A program made the translations under genes and the position numbers. This document shows positions 34,129-44,029 of a DNA stretch of 49,993 nt, piece by piece. The number at the start of each line of letters is the position of its first letter. The first letter of the stretch is position 1. The notes below the pieces were generated by a model, which did no database searches, was not told where the DNA came from, and was given only the letters and a program-made list of their open reading frames with translations. Source of the stretch: Diploschistes diacapsis (taxonomy: Eukaryota); NCBI GenBank assembly GCA_023645945.1, contig JALAIB010000014.1:1-49993 (forward strand). The letters run 5' to 3'.

Positions 34129-35803
34129 CTATTCCCAGGCCCTGCTGTTGAAATCTTCCTCTCCCTGGTTAGTGCCCATTGCAGGGTCAAGACCATCCTC
34201 ACTTACAGGAAAGCCAGGCCGGATGGCGCAAGGCTTCCTCTGCCGAAGTAATAGGCGCATTCTCCTGGAGCTGTGGCTCTATAACCCTGACCAAAAGGTC
34301 CACGACGTCCCCATCTTCTTTGTGAGACGTTTCGTGCCTGAGCAGTTCGCTTCCATAGCGGGTTGGGTGGTACTCTGCGTTCAGCAAGGCTTGGGCTATG
34401 GCGATGGCCCAGTTACGAAGCTCGATGCTTCCTGCATTGTTTCTTCTGAACCCTTCCATAGTATACCTAACCGTTTTCTGGAAAGACGTCAGAGCTGCCT
34501 CCGGTGGTCGGAAAGAAAGGACGGCCATGGCTTTCCGGCTAAGCAATCTGTGTGCGTAGCCGTAGCCATGCAGATGCTTGAGTCCCTTCAAGGTCTTGAA
34601 GAAGAGGCACACCTTTGTGTAATGGTTGCACCTTCGCAAGTCGAGCTGGTTGAATGTCCCTAGAATGGCCGGAGTAACCACAGAAAACCGCCGATGCGGA
34701 GATGAACTAGGACCCCCCATGTTTATAAAGTCACGTATAGAGACTAGCCCGGAAGTATATCCAGCCTACAAAAAAGTCAGTTTGGCTTATCTCTGGGCCA
34801 GTCAGGCAAAGTCTACACTCACAGTTATGCCGAAGGACTCGAGAGAGATACTAACATCCCGGGTAACCTTTTTCACTATCTTTCTTTGATCGTCCATAGA
34901 TAGTGCCAGATACTCTCGGATATCGACAGGATCACCCGTCCTAACATCCACACCCCGGTGCATCCAGATTCCGTCCCGTAGTCCAATTGGAAAGCCATAG
35001 ATAGTATTGCTCTCTAAGGACAGGAAATGAGCCGGAGGGAATATTTCTGGGGTGTATCGAGCTAGGGACGTTACATTGGAAAGATAATTGTTGCGTGCGG
35101 CAATCAAGCCAATTCGGTCTGCTTCCGGTTTTGGGAAGACGAGTTCGTACTCATAGCGCTCTAGCAATCGTATCCGATTGGATTGCGATCCGTACAGCAC
35201 GCGCTTGCCGTCCTTGTTGATGATCTGCCACATTCCGCCTGTGAGGATTTCGACGGAAGTGTCGTCGTACTTTGAAACCAGTACAAGTGCTCCGGAAAGA
35301 AGATTGAACTGGAATGAGCAAAGAATGATAGGTTCCTTTTGCTTCGATTCTGCTCGTTGGATACCAAGAAGCAATGGAATATCATGAGGGTATGGCTCAT
35401 CCGCCGTCGAAAAGCCAACCTGCCATTGATCAGCGAGATTTGAAGGCTGGTTGTTAAAGTCTAACTCGTAGTAGTCGAGTCTTAGGCTCGATACCGACTC
35501 GTCTCGCCAAATCTGGTCCACTGCGTTCCATATCTCCTCATTCTTACTCGAATGATTGACATAGTGGTGACCCAGGAATTCGAGATGAAATGGGGTCGAA
35601 TCAGCTTTTACTTCTATTCTGAACTTGATTGCTGCGTGAAGTTCGATAGCGGCATGATTGGCTGGACGGAAATGGGCGAAGACACCGCTCTTGCCTCTAT
35701 TCCGGTTACCTTCCTTCACAAGAACGTAGCCTGGATCCTGTAGAGAGCCTGTCGATTCTTCCGTGAGCGGGGTAGGCTCAGCCATGATAGAAGTAGAGGT
35801 CAT
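34129..35803 (-). CDS. FHA-like plus pseudokinase protein, paralogue 2 (apparently intact)
   Basis: ORF 34802-35803 splices (GTGAGT 34822 ... TAG 34766) in frame into ORF 34199-34720. FAHFRPAN, YYELDF, WQVGF, FQFNLLSGALVL, GVDVRTGDPV; LFFKTLKGLKHLHGYGYAHR, ITSAEEALRHPAW. Optional short last intron; otherwise the gene ends at 34199. Confidence 0.72.
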
Positions 35804-36133
35804 CTTCCCAACTGCTGTGACTGTGGCTTAGCAGGACAGAGCATAGAGCTTTAATGCTTCTGGTCACAACGAGGAGGAATAGCATCTTTAAGTATGGAAC
35901 AGTGGTATGTCGATGTGTAAAGCAAATGAGTTGAAATCTTGAGATTGTCTACTCTCATACAAAAAAGAATGCTAGACCTTGTGTTCTTCTTGGCTTATCT
36001 GTACAGTTATTAGATCAATTCTTTCCAAACACATACCACTCGAAGTCTAGCCAACTTGGCATCTTCGCTTCCAGTACAAGAAATACTAGATATGCCGAGA
36101 ATACCATATAGGTAGCGGTTATCATCCTGAACT

Positions 36134-36921
36134 TTGGTGTACTCGAAATGTGCTGGCCACAACAACGCCACTGGTTTCTCAGCGTCTCCTCAAGAGTACC
36201 TTGCAAGAGGATCAGCAGACAATCATAGGTCACCAAAGGTCCTCGAACTTACGAGGCGCATCAATGGCAGTGGGCGTATCATTCCAGTCTATGACGACTC
36301 GGACTATATCAAGAATAGGCAACAACCGGATGCTTTCTATAGGCTTATGGGCAAGGTCGGATTAGTTTACCCGAAGAGGAACCCCAAAGAACTTCTTGCG
36401 GGCAAAACGCCGGAGCAGCACAGAAGAACAGAGAGAGAATGAGAGAGAATGAAACGCTTGGAGATCAAGGGCGGTACATGGACTGACAGCGCCACTTCCA
36501 CTATTTTGGACTTCTTCCTTAGTCTCTCAAACGTTTACAGACAGCTAGGAGACATCGGTTCTCCCACAACGGCTTGAATGGCAACTGGACCGACAGTCTG
36601 ATCGAATGCAAAGACTCAGCAACAACTGGGAGAGACCAGTTCTCCCAGATAGGGTCGAGTGGCAACCAAACCACCGACCTGATCGAATGCAAACATCCAT
36701 TGACAGCTTGAAGGCCCCGGTTCTCCCCAAAGGAGTTGAATGACAAGCTTTACCTCCAGCCTGAACGAACACAAAGCGCATCATACCCGGCCCTTCTAAT
36801 GGAGAAACTCGTAAGAACGGACTCCAGATTAAAGAAAGACTTGCATGATTTCTCACCTGCGTTCAAAGGAGAAGTACCGCCCACGACATCATTGAGTAGT
36901 CTATTGAACATTCGCAAGTGA
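36134..36921 (+). pseudogene. Degenerate orphan ORF containing a 27-aa tandem repeat
   Basis: ORF 36134-36442 continues past a TGA into a repeat-coding region with further stops. Start and family unknown. Confidence 0.35.
36541..36783 (+). repeat. Three diverged 81-bp tandem repeats
   Basis: Units start at 36541, 36622 and 36703 and share ACARCT...GTTCTCCC...GARTGRCAA...CTGAWCGAA. Confidence 0.85.
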
Positions 36922-37796
36922 ATGGCCACAAATCTCACCCTGTACATGCATACATCTGTGCACTCTGTGTGAGATAGTCATAGGTTCGGTACCGAACCCA
37001 AGACGATTAGCACCCCATATAGTACATGTAGTCTCTGTAGTACTTCTAAAAATGTAGTATCTTCCGCCTCCCCGCTTGCTCGTAGGCGCGAGCGCGTTAA
37101 TAGCGTAAAAGAGATTATTAAAGGCGATGATGGGTTCTGGTTGTTTTGACCAGCTAGCTATGTATTCTATCTTATTGGCGAGCGGGGTTCTGCCCTTTCA
37201 TCCAGGGTTGTCGTTGCCGTATTGGTGTTCTGTACTCCGCATGTTGTTGTTCGTGGATGATAAGTGCCTAGTAGGTCTGAGGGAACGGGGAATCCACGGG
37301 GGAAACAAGAAAGACTATCCAGCCGTGGTACATGGCCCTACGCGATCGGCTCTCTCGCTTGTTCCGATGTGGGAGAGGGATTGAAGACGACGGTGATCGG
37401 GGAACTCAATGTAGGAGGTCTGCGGTGTTTCTTTTGCCCTTTGGAACACGTTGAGTAAAGAAGGTGCATTCTATTTGCACGTCGTCATCGTCATCGTCCT
37501 CCGTGAAAGCATCAAGTATGTACCTGAACAACAGCGCCCATAAGGTCCGTGGGCTTTCCCAGCTATTATTCCCCTTAGTATCAAGCTTGGAGATCCTGTC
37601 CGCATATATGGTCATCAATCACGGAAAGCCCACCGTCCTCCTCCAAATCCTCTCCACCTCTCCCTTTACCCCTAGAGCCCGCCAAGCTCTCGGCGCCTGA
37701 ACACATGTACAGATATAGTTCATACATCCACACCCGCCTACCCAACCAGGCATATTCATCGCGCCCGTATCCCATTCCACGTACGGAGGTCCCTCC

Positions 37797-39038
37797 TCAG
37801 GTCGCCGTGTACACCCTCACGGAGTTGATGAGCCAGTAGCTCTGGCTGTACGCCGCCGGGTTCGCAGCCGCGTAGGCGTCGCAGGTCGGGGCCAGCTTCG
37901 AGCAGGTTGAGCTCGCGCCCCACTGCTTGCCGGCCCAGTCGCCGCAGAAGGTGGTGTCGAACATCTATCCGCGCCATCCGTCAGCACACGTATACATCAA
38001 CTCAGATACCATTAATTCCATTTTGTTACCATCTCTATTCCACTCGTCCGCCCCACACGCACCCACCTACTCCACGCCGCTCTTACTTCACATCACAAGC
38101 AAAGCAAATGCGAGGCCACTCACAAGATTATTGTTCTTAAAAAACGAATCAAACGCGCACCCCACAAAGCTCGCCTGCGGCGTTCCCCACCTGTTCGGAG
38201 TCGGAGTGCTCTGGTTCGTGATATCGCTGGGCACGCCGCCCTCGCTGAACAGCCAGACTTTAATCTCCGAGTTCGTCCAGTGCAGAGCGTAGACGCCGCC
38301 GTTCGCCGCGTTGAAGCCCGTGCCGTAGCTCTTATCCGTGTTCGCGAAGACGGTGCACCCGTTGTAGCCGCCGCCGATGCCGCATTTCGTGTTGGCGCCC
38401 GAGCTGCCAAGCTGGCCGTACTGACCGACGGTGACGTTGCAACCGGGCGAGGTGTGGATGGTCACCTGGTTGTGGGTCTGCGCGTTGATGCCTTCGATTA
38501 TGTCGATCTCGCCGTTCTGGGGCCAGGTGGGGCCTGTCAGCCAGCTGGTGCGGTTGGGGTCAGCCGTCAGAACTGTGTATTATATTCGGAGTGGGTGGAA
38601 ATGTCTGAGCGGAGTGGAAAGACATACTATGCTGGCCAGGAACCGCAGGCGCTTCCTGGTATGTGCGCAAAGTCGGCGATGAACAGACCATCGTTGTAAA
38701 CGGCGTTGCTCTGCAGGCGAACGCTGTTGCGGCCGGTACCATTAGGGTCCAAGACAGTGGTGTTGTCGACGCCGATGTAGATTTGGTTGCCGATGGTCTG
38801 GTACAGGCCGAGGGATTGGGCATCCGCCGCGGAGACGTAGTTCACAAAGCCGCCGGTTGGATCGGGCATCTGGGCTGGGATTAGTGAGGCACGGCTGAGT
38901 GCGGAGGATGGGGCTACGGACGGAAATGACCTGGAAGGAGGACATCCAGTTCGAGGCGGTGAAGTTGTTGACGAGGGTGAAAGCCGAGGTGAGCGGCAGC
39001 CAGGCGGCCAAGGAGACGATAGCACAGGTGTATAGCAT
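37797..39038 (-). CDS. Secreted GH16 endo-1,3(4)-beta-glucanase (Lam16A-like), 4 exons
   Basis: Signal peptide; DPTGGFVNYV, GRNSVRLQS, CGSWPAY|W, WPQNGEIDIIEG (ExDxxE), FNAANGGVYA, FDTTFCGDWAG, YWLINSVRVY. Confidence 0.93.
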
Positions 39039-39462
39039 AATTGCGACTGAAGTAAGAATATGCTATGAAACGAGCGACAAAAGGAAATGGCTAGAGAACG
39101 ATTGAGGCAAAAGAGAGATTGCCCTACGTAGCGTAGAGGTCAAAGAAAGGAAAAAGAAGAGGGTTAAAAGGATTCAAAACGACGGCATCTGACCTGCATA
39201 GCACCATGCAAGCGAGCAAGTCCATCGACCCCCAGGCGAAAACTATAAAAAGGGGAACACATTTCGCCCAAAATAGAAGAGTAGAGACCCAGAAGCGCGC
39301 TCATCACGGCCAATCACGAAGACTCTACAGCTTCCATTTTCGGCATCAAGCAAGCCCCGGTAAACAGAGGCTGTACCAAGATTCATTGAACGGGAGTGGA
39401 GATTATCTTTTGTTCGGTTTCGGTGTGGATGAGGATCAGGGGTAATGCTGGGGCATCGTGGG

Positions 39463-39495
39463 CTGTTGATCTGTTGATCTGTCGATCTGTTGATC
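39463..39495. repeat. Short tandem repeat (CTGTYGAT)x4
   Basis: ctgttgat ctgttgat ctgtcgat ctgttgat, upstream of the GH16 gene. Confidence 0.8.
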
Positions 39496-39840
39496 CTGCC
39501 GTGTTTGCCGAGGTTCACCGACTTGCAAGGGAATTGGGGGTTTATCAAGTACAGTTTCGAGGAGACGAATATAAATATCCGTGATACTCGGCCCTTATGG
39601 CGTGTTTGTCGTTAGTTCTCAGCAGTCTCGTAGATGAGAGATGCGAACTAGACTGGTTCAGGTATGGCGCAAAGTACAGCCAGCCTCCTGCCCCGTGGCT
39701 GAAATGTTAGATTGTCCCACTCTGTTTGGTGCAATCCCACAAAAGCTGAGTATAGCGAGCTAACATCCCAACACGGCTGGAGCTTGCAGGTCGTTGTAAC
39801 GCGTTATTCCTTGGGCAACGCTCAACTAACGCTCAGCTCA

Positions 39841-39869
39841 CGTGGACTCCGTGGACTCCGTGGACTCCG
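39841..39869. repeat. Short tandem repeat (CGTGGACTC)x3
   Basis: Three perfect 9-bp units downstream of the GT90 gene. Confidence 0.8.
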
Positions 39870-40014
39870 CCATTTTGCCCATGTAAATTTATTTTAGGGT
39901 CCCCCCACCTGCAGAATGAGTTGTTGTAATTAATTACCGATACGAGATGTGATGTCCATGTGTCTTTCCGGATCAATGCTTTCATCCTGCATCCCGGACA
40001 CGACATTCTGTACC

Positions 40015-43000
40015 TCATAGCTGGAACCCCAGGCTATCCCTTCGATCATCTGTCAAGCGGCCCCATTCAAGCAGAAGCCTGAAGAGGTAGATCTCCATAT
40101 CCTCCTTCCGCAGCGCCTTCTCTGCCCACAGCCTTCCAGATTCCGCTATCCACTCGCCAGGCTCGAGCGGTGTCCAATCCAATCCGACACCGAACCTGCC
40201 CGCAAAATATGCAACCGTGCTCCAGAGGCCATGCAGACGAAGATCCACCGGAACAAAATGCAGCCACGCCTTTATCCGGCTGTCGTGCCATTCCCTAAAC
40301 AACGCCGTTTTGAAGGGCAGGCTACGGCTTTGGAGAAATGGGAGAAACCTGCCGCTGAAACCTGCGCCGTCCATGTCCATCAGATACTTGTATCTCCAAT
40401 GCTCCTGAAAATCAACACCGCTCGCCATGCCGAACTGCGCCTCCTCTCTCTGGCAGTCACCGAACCCACAGCGAGTCATCCCTGTTAGCCGGGTATCCAT
40501 AGAAAACTTCGATTCGCTCAGGGCAGCATGATTGAGGAACTTGCATCTGGAAAGATCCTCGTACATAAAACGTTGCTTGTCTTTTGATAGAGGCAAGAAC
40601 ACGGATAAAGGATGAGTAGAATTGTTGTTTAGGAACGCAAAGCGTTGTCGTACCATAGCTCTCCATGCTCCATAACCCGAGAAGCCCTCGGTTGTAGAGC
40701 CACGCCAGAATAGGGTTTCGTGCTTTTGTGACCAAGGGAAATCTGGGTTGTACGGGGATGGCTCGTACTTGATCTTATCATTGTAATTCCAGGCAGTCGG
40801 ATACAGGATGTCGGAGTACCCCTGAGCCTTGCTCTGCGAGAATATTGGTACAAGCTCTTTTGTCGTCTTGAAGGCCGCCGCGCTTTTATAGAATCCATGC
40901 ATGCCCCCCAAGTCTGGCTGGTGACAAGGAGAGCCGGCGAGATCCCAGTCACTCACGAAATGGCCAACGGAGTGAGGCTCGAAACACCATACGCAAAGTC
41001 TGCTAAAGTCCCACGATCGGGTTCGCCGAGCAGGACTATTCGAGGGGCACGCGACTGAACCATACTCTTGGAAGTTCGGCCGAAACGACCAATCTTCAAA
41101 CAGCCCCTGCGATGACGCATTGATATGAACATCGAACTTCCTGCCAGCGTCGTAGCTCCAGACCTTGCTCTTCGATCCATGAGTTTCCGCACTTGGGGTC
41201 TGGCACAGAGCTTGCAGTTTTTCAAAGGGCACCGCCACGCGGGGTTCGTCGTTGATATTGAAGGCGAGATCCATATCCGGAAGATGCTCGATGAATGGTT
41301 CCATCATACGGACAATCCCCTCCATCATCCACCTATGCGTAGGTATCATGTCAGGCACGTGGGCTGACCCAGAGCGTATTCTGACTTCCACCACTTCATT
41401 CCAGCTTCCAAAAACAGCTTGCTTGGTTCGCACTCGAAGATCATAAGGACTAATACTCCAAAAAGGGGCCAGGTCATTGTGCATTGAATCGAAATCGTCA
41501 ATCACGACCGACGATCGGTCAACGGCGTACTTGTGCCAAACATCAAAGCCTGGCGGTGGGTCCCGATTGTATCGTCGCTTGTACTCAGATATAGCGGTCA
41601 AGAGGTCATGGCTCATAGCCGCCTGAGCCACCCAAGCCTTGTGCTGCAACCTTGCTGTGGCAATAAGACTATCGATTGGGTGCCGGTAAAAGACGTTATG
41701 ACCGGTAAGACCATGGGACCGCTCAAGAACAACCAAACTAATAGCTGCGAAGCTGCATATATAGAGTACGATTTTGTACTTCTTCTTCGATCCCCCAAGG
41801 CCAATTGTAAAGGATTGACCGGATGAGCCAAGATTCAAGCAAAAGCCAAGGACGTAGAAGCTCAACGCCGCTACAGCCATCACCCCCAAGGTGTATGAGG
41901 GAACTAACTGATTGCTCAAGGCTCTCATTGAACCCATCAGCATGATCACACCAGACGTAGAATAAAAAAGCGTCATCACGGATCCGTAAGTCATCTAGTT
42001 CCGTTAGAAATTGCCCAATGTACATTGTGAGTTGGACTTACATAACGAATGAAGAACATTATGAAGAGAAGCGTAAGCATAGTAGTCCACAACAAATTTC
42101 CATAATACGATAGACCCAACCCTTGCTGAAAAGACTGAATGCTCGGAATAGCCTTCAGCAGCAGCCCACTCACAAGCAGTATTGGCGCACATAGCTTGTT
42201 TGTCAGCTTTCACCCCCTATTCCTCGTGGTCATTTGTACTTACAAGCAGTATGAATCCAAATAGAAGTGGACCAAAAGAATATCCCAAATCGCTAATCCT
42301 ATGCAGATGCTGAAGTACTCTCTCAATAGATTGCAAGATGCATATATCCATAGCTAACGAAAGGCATTGCAGGGCGAGGGTCCAGACAGGCATGACAATC
42401 AGCGTCTCGCAGATGTATGTCGACCTCGGCAACGCCGCTATACAAGATGTGACAGCATTTGCAAGCGTCAGTAGTAGTGCGGCTATCAAACGCCGTACAA
42501 AACCTGGCTCAAGGCTCGCTAGTGGACTTGGCTTCTCTCCCAACGTCGAGGTCCCTCCATCGATTTGAATTATCCAGATACCATGGGAATAGGTTTCGCA
42601 AAGGACAAAGAGGGAGGGTAAGAGGACCTGAAGTGGTCAATCCCACTCGATAGGGCTGAGTGTCTGGTTTCAGAGCATACCTCCACACCGCACACTGTGC
42701 ACTGTCTGAATTTGGATAAGAAAGCAAATGTGTGTATGCGTATTACAATGGCGATAATAAGGACGACACACGGCTGAACTGCTTGTTGCAAGAAAAGAAC
42801 AAGCTTCTGAGTATCAATCAAGAAAAGAATGAGGCATTTTGCCTGATCTCGCGGTGCAGGTAGGTTCTGAATTCCCCCCACGGACTGGACATAGTAGACA
42901 TACTGAAAACCAAGGAAGAATGTTAGCAAAGCTGTGCCGATGAATGTGCAGCCAAGGATTGCTGTAGGAATAGAGTGTTCTTGTCGGGGTCAGCATATGG

Positions 43001-43174
43001 CCCCCCAACGCAAGGATAAGGCTCACCAAGGAGGGAGTTCCTGTCCGGGTTCGTGATTAGGAAAAGGAACAAAAGAGGCAGAATTCTATGATAACCGTCA
43101 ACACAGATCAAAGTTAGCAAGCATGTTATCAAACCCAGCTGTCAATATATCTGCGAGCCCTGCTGAGCCTGCAT
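40015..43174 (-). CDS. Glycosyltransferase family 90 (CAP10/Cxt1-like) with multi-TM N-terminal region; 5' end uncertain
   Basis: HPIDSLI, EYKRRYNRDPPPGFDVW, LPDMDLAFNINDEPRV, LFWRGSTT, YKYLMDMDGAGFSGRF, WLHFVPVD, LRKEDMEIYLFRLLLEWGR. Upstream hydrophobic exons can be spliced in frame back to about 43140. Confidence 0.88.
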
Positions 43175-44029
43175 CCTGACCGAATCTCGCTGAGGGGCCT
43201 CGTGGACTCTGGAGAACCTAATTTATGGCATAACGATCAGGTCAGATTAAATATTACAACACAATATAATTCTTGTCCCATCGATCTAGGGGCAGAAAGT
43301 GGACCGACGTAGTTACCCACCGCTGATAGCCATGGCGACCCAAAGCGCTTGTTGACTGCTTCCAGGATGAATAAGAGGTAGTCGCCATTTTCGTGGTTGG
43401 CTCGGGATCCCTGCCGTTGCATCATCTCCTCATTCATTGGCGCAAGCTTCCGGGTTGCTAAACATGGTGGTGGTCATCACAGAAGCAGAGCAAAACCAGC
43501 TCTTACCAATACAAAGCCACAAGGGGTCAGACAGAAAAGGGAAGAACTGGAGATGAACACATTCATGTGGGAATGATATCTAATCATCACGGGTGAAATT
43601 ACAGTATGTTACCTAGCGCGCGGACTGTCAAGAAGATTGTAGATCATGCCAGCCGCCGCTGCGGACATCTCTCCTGGCCCAATTACTCAAGAGGGCAACC
43701 CTCTACGAACCGTCTTTGGTTATACTGGCGGGAAGTATCAATCGAAGTATCCAAAATGCGAAATGCGAGAGACCTCCCTCCCATGCTGCTCTGCTATCGT
43801 ACCGTGACTTGAATTTGTTTATGCGTACCGATAGTACCCTAGTCCGGAAGCAGCCCTAGTCAGTTAAGCCCACCTAAGGCCGTTGAAGAAGCTGCAAAAT
43901 TTTTGAGATGGATGAAAACAAAAGTGATGTAAATGGCAACAACGATTTCGTTAATGGGTCTTTCTTGAACTTCGGATTCCAAATCGCTCGCTCGGGGGCA
44001 GGCTTGATTATCGCATGCGCAACGTCACA

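Noticed and set aside
34148..34663. 171-aa plus-strand ORF (and similar antisense ORFs at 5094-5565, 18079-18552, 21681-22124 and 38280-38699)
   Set aside because: They overlap better-supported genes on the opposite strand and have no family motifs.
36541..36783. CRISPR-like array
   Set aside because: Eukaryotic context; the whole 81-bp unit is homologous rather than repeat plus unique spacer; no cas genes.
25600..37100. Starship captain (DUF3435 tyrosine recombinase) or other transposase/integrase
   Set aside because: No recognisable tyrosine recombinase, DDE, RT or helicase motifs in the frames I could read, so a mobile origin remains inference only.
37127..37700. Short ORFs downstream of the GH16 gene, including a DDDDDD tract
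   Set aside because: Too short and fragmentary, with no recognisable domain.
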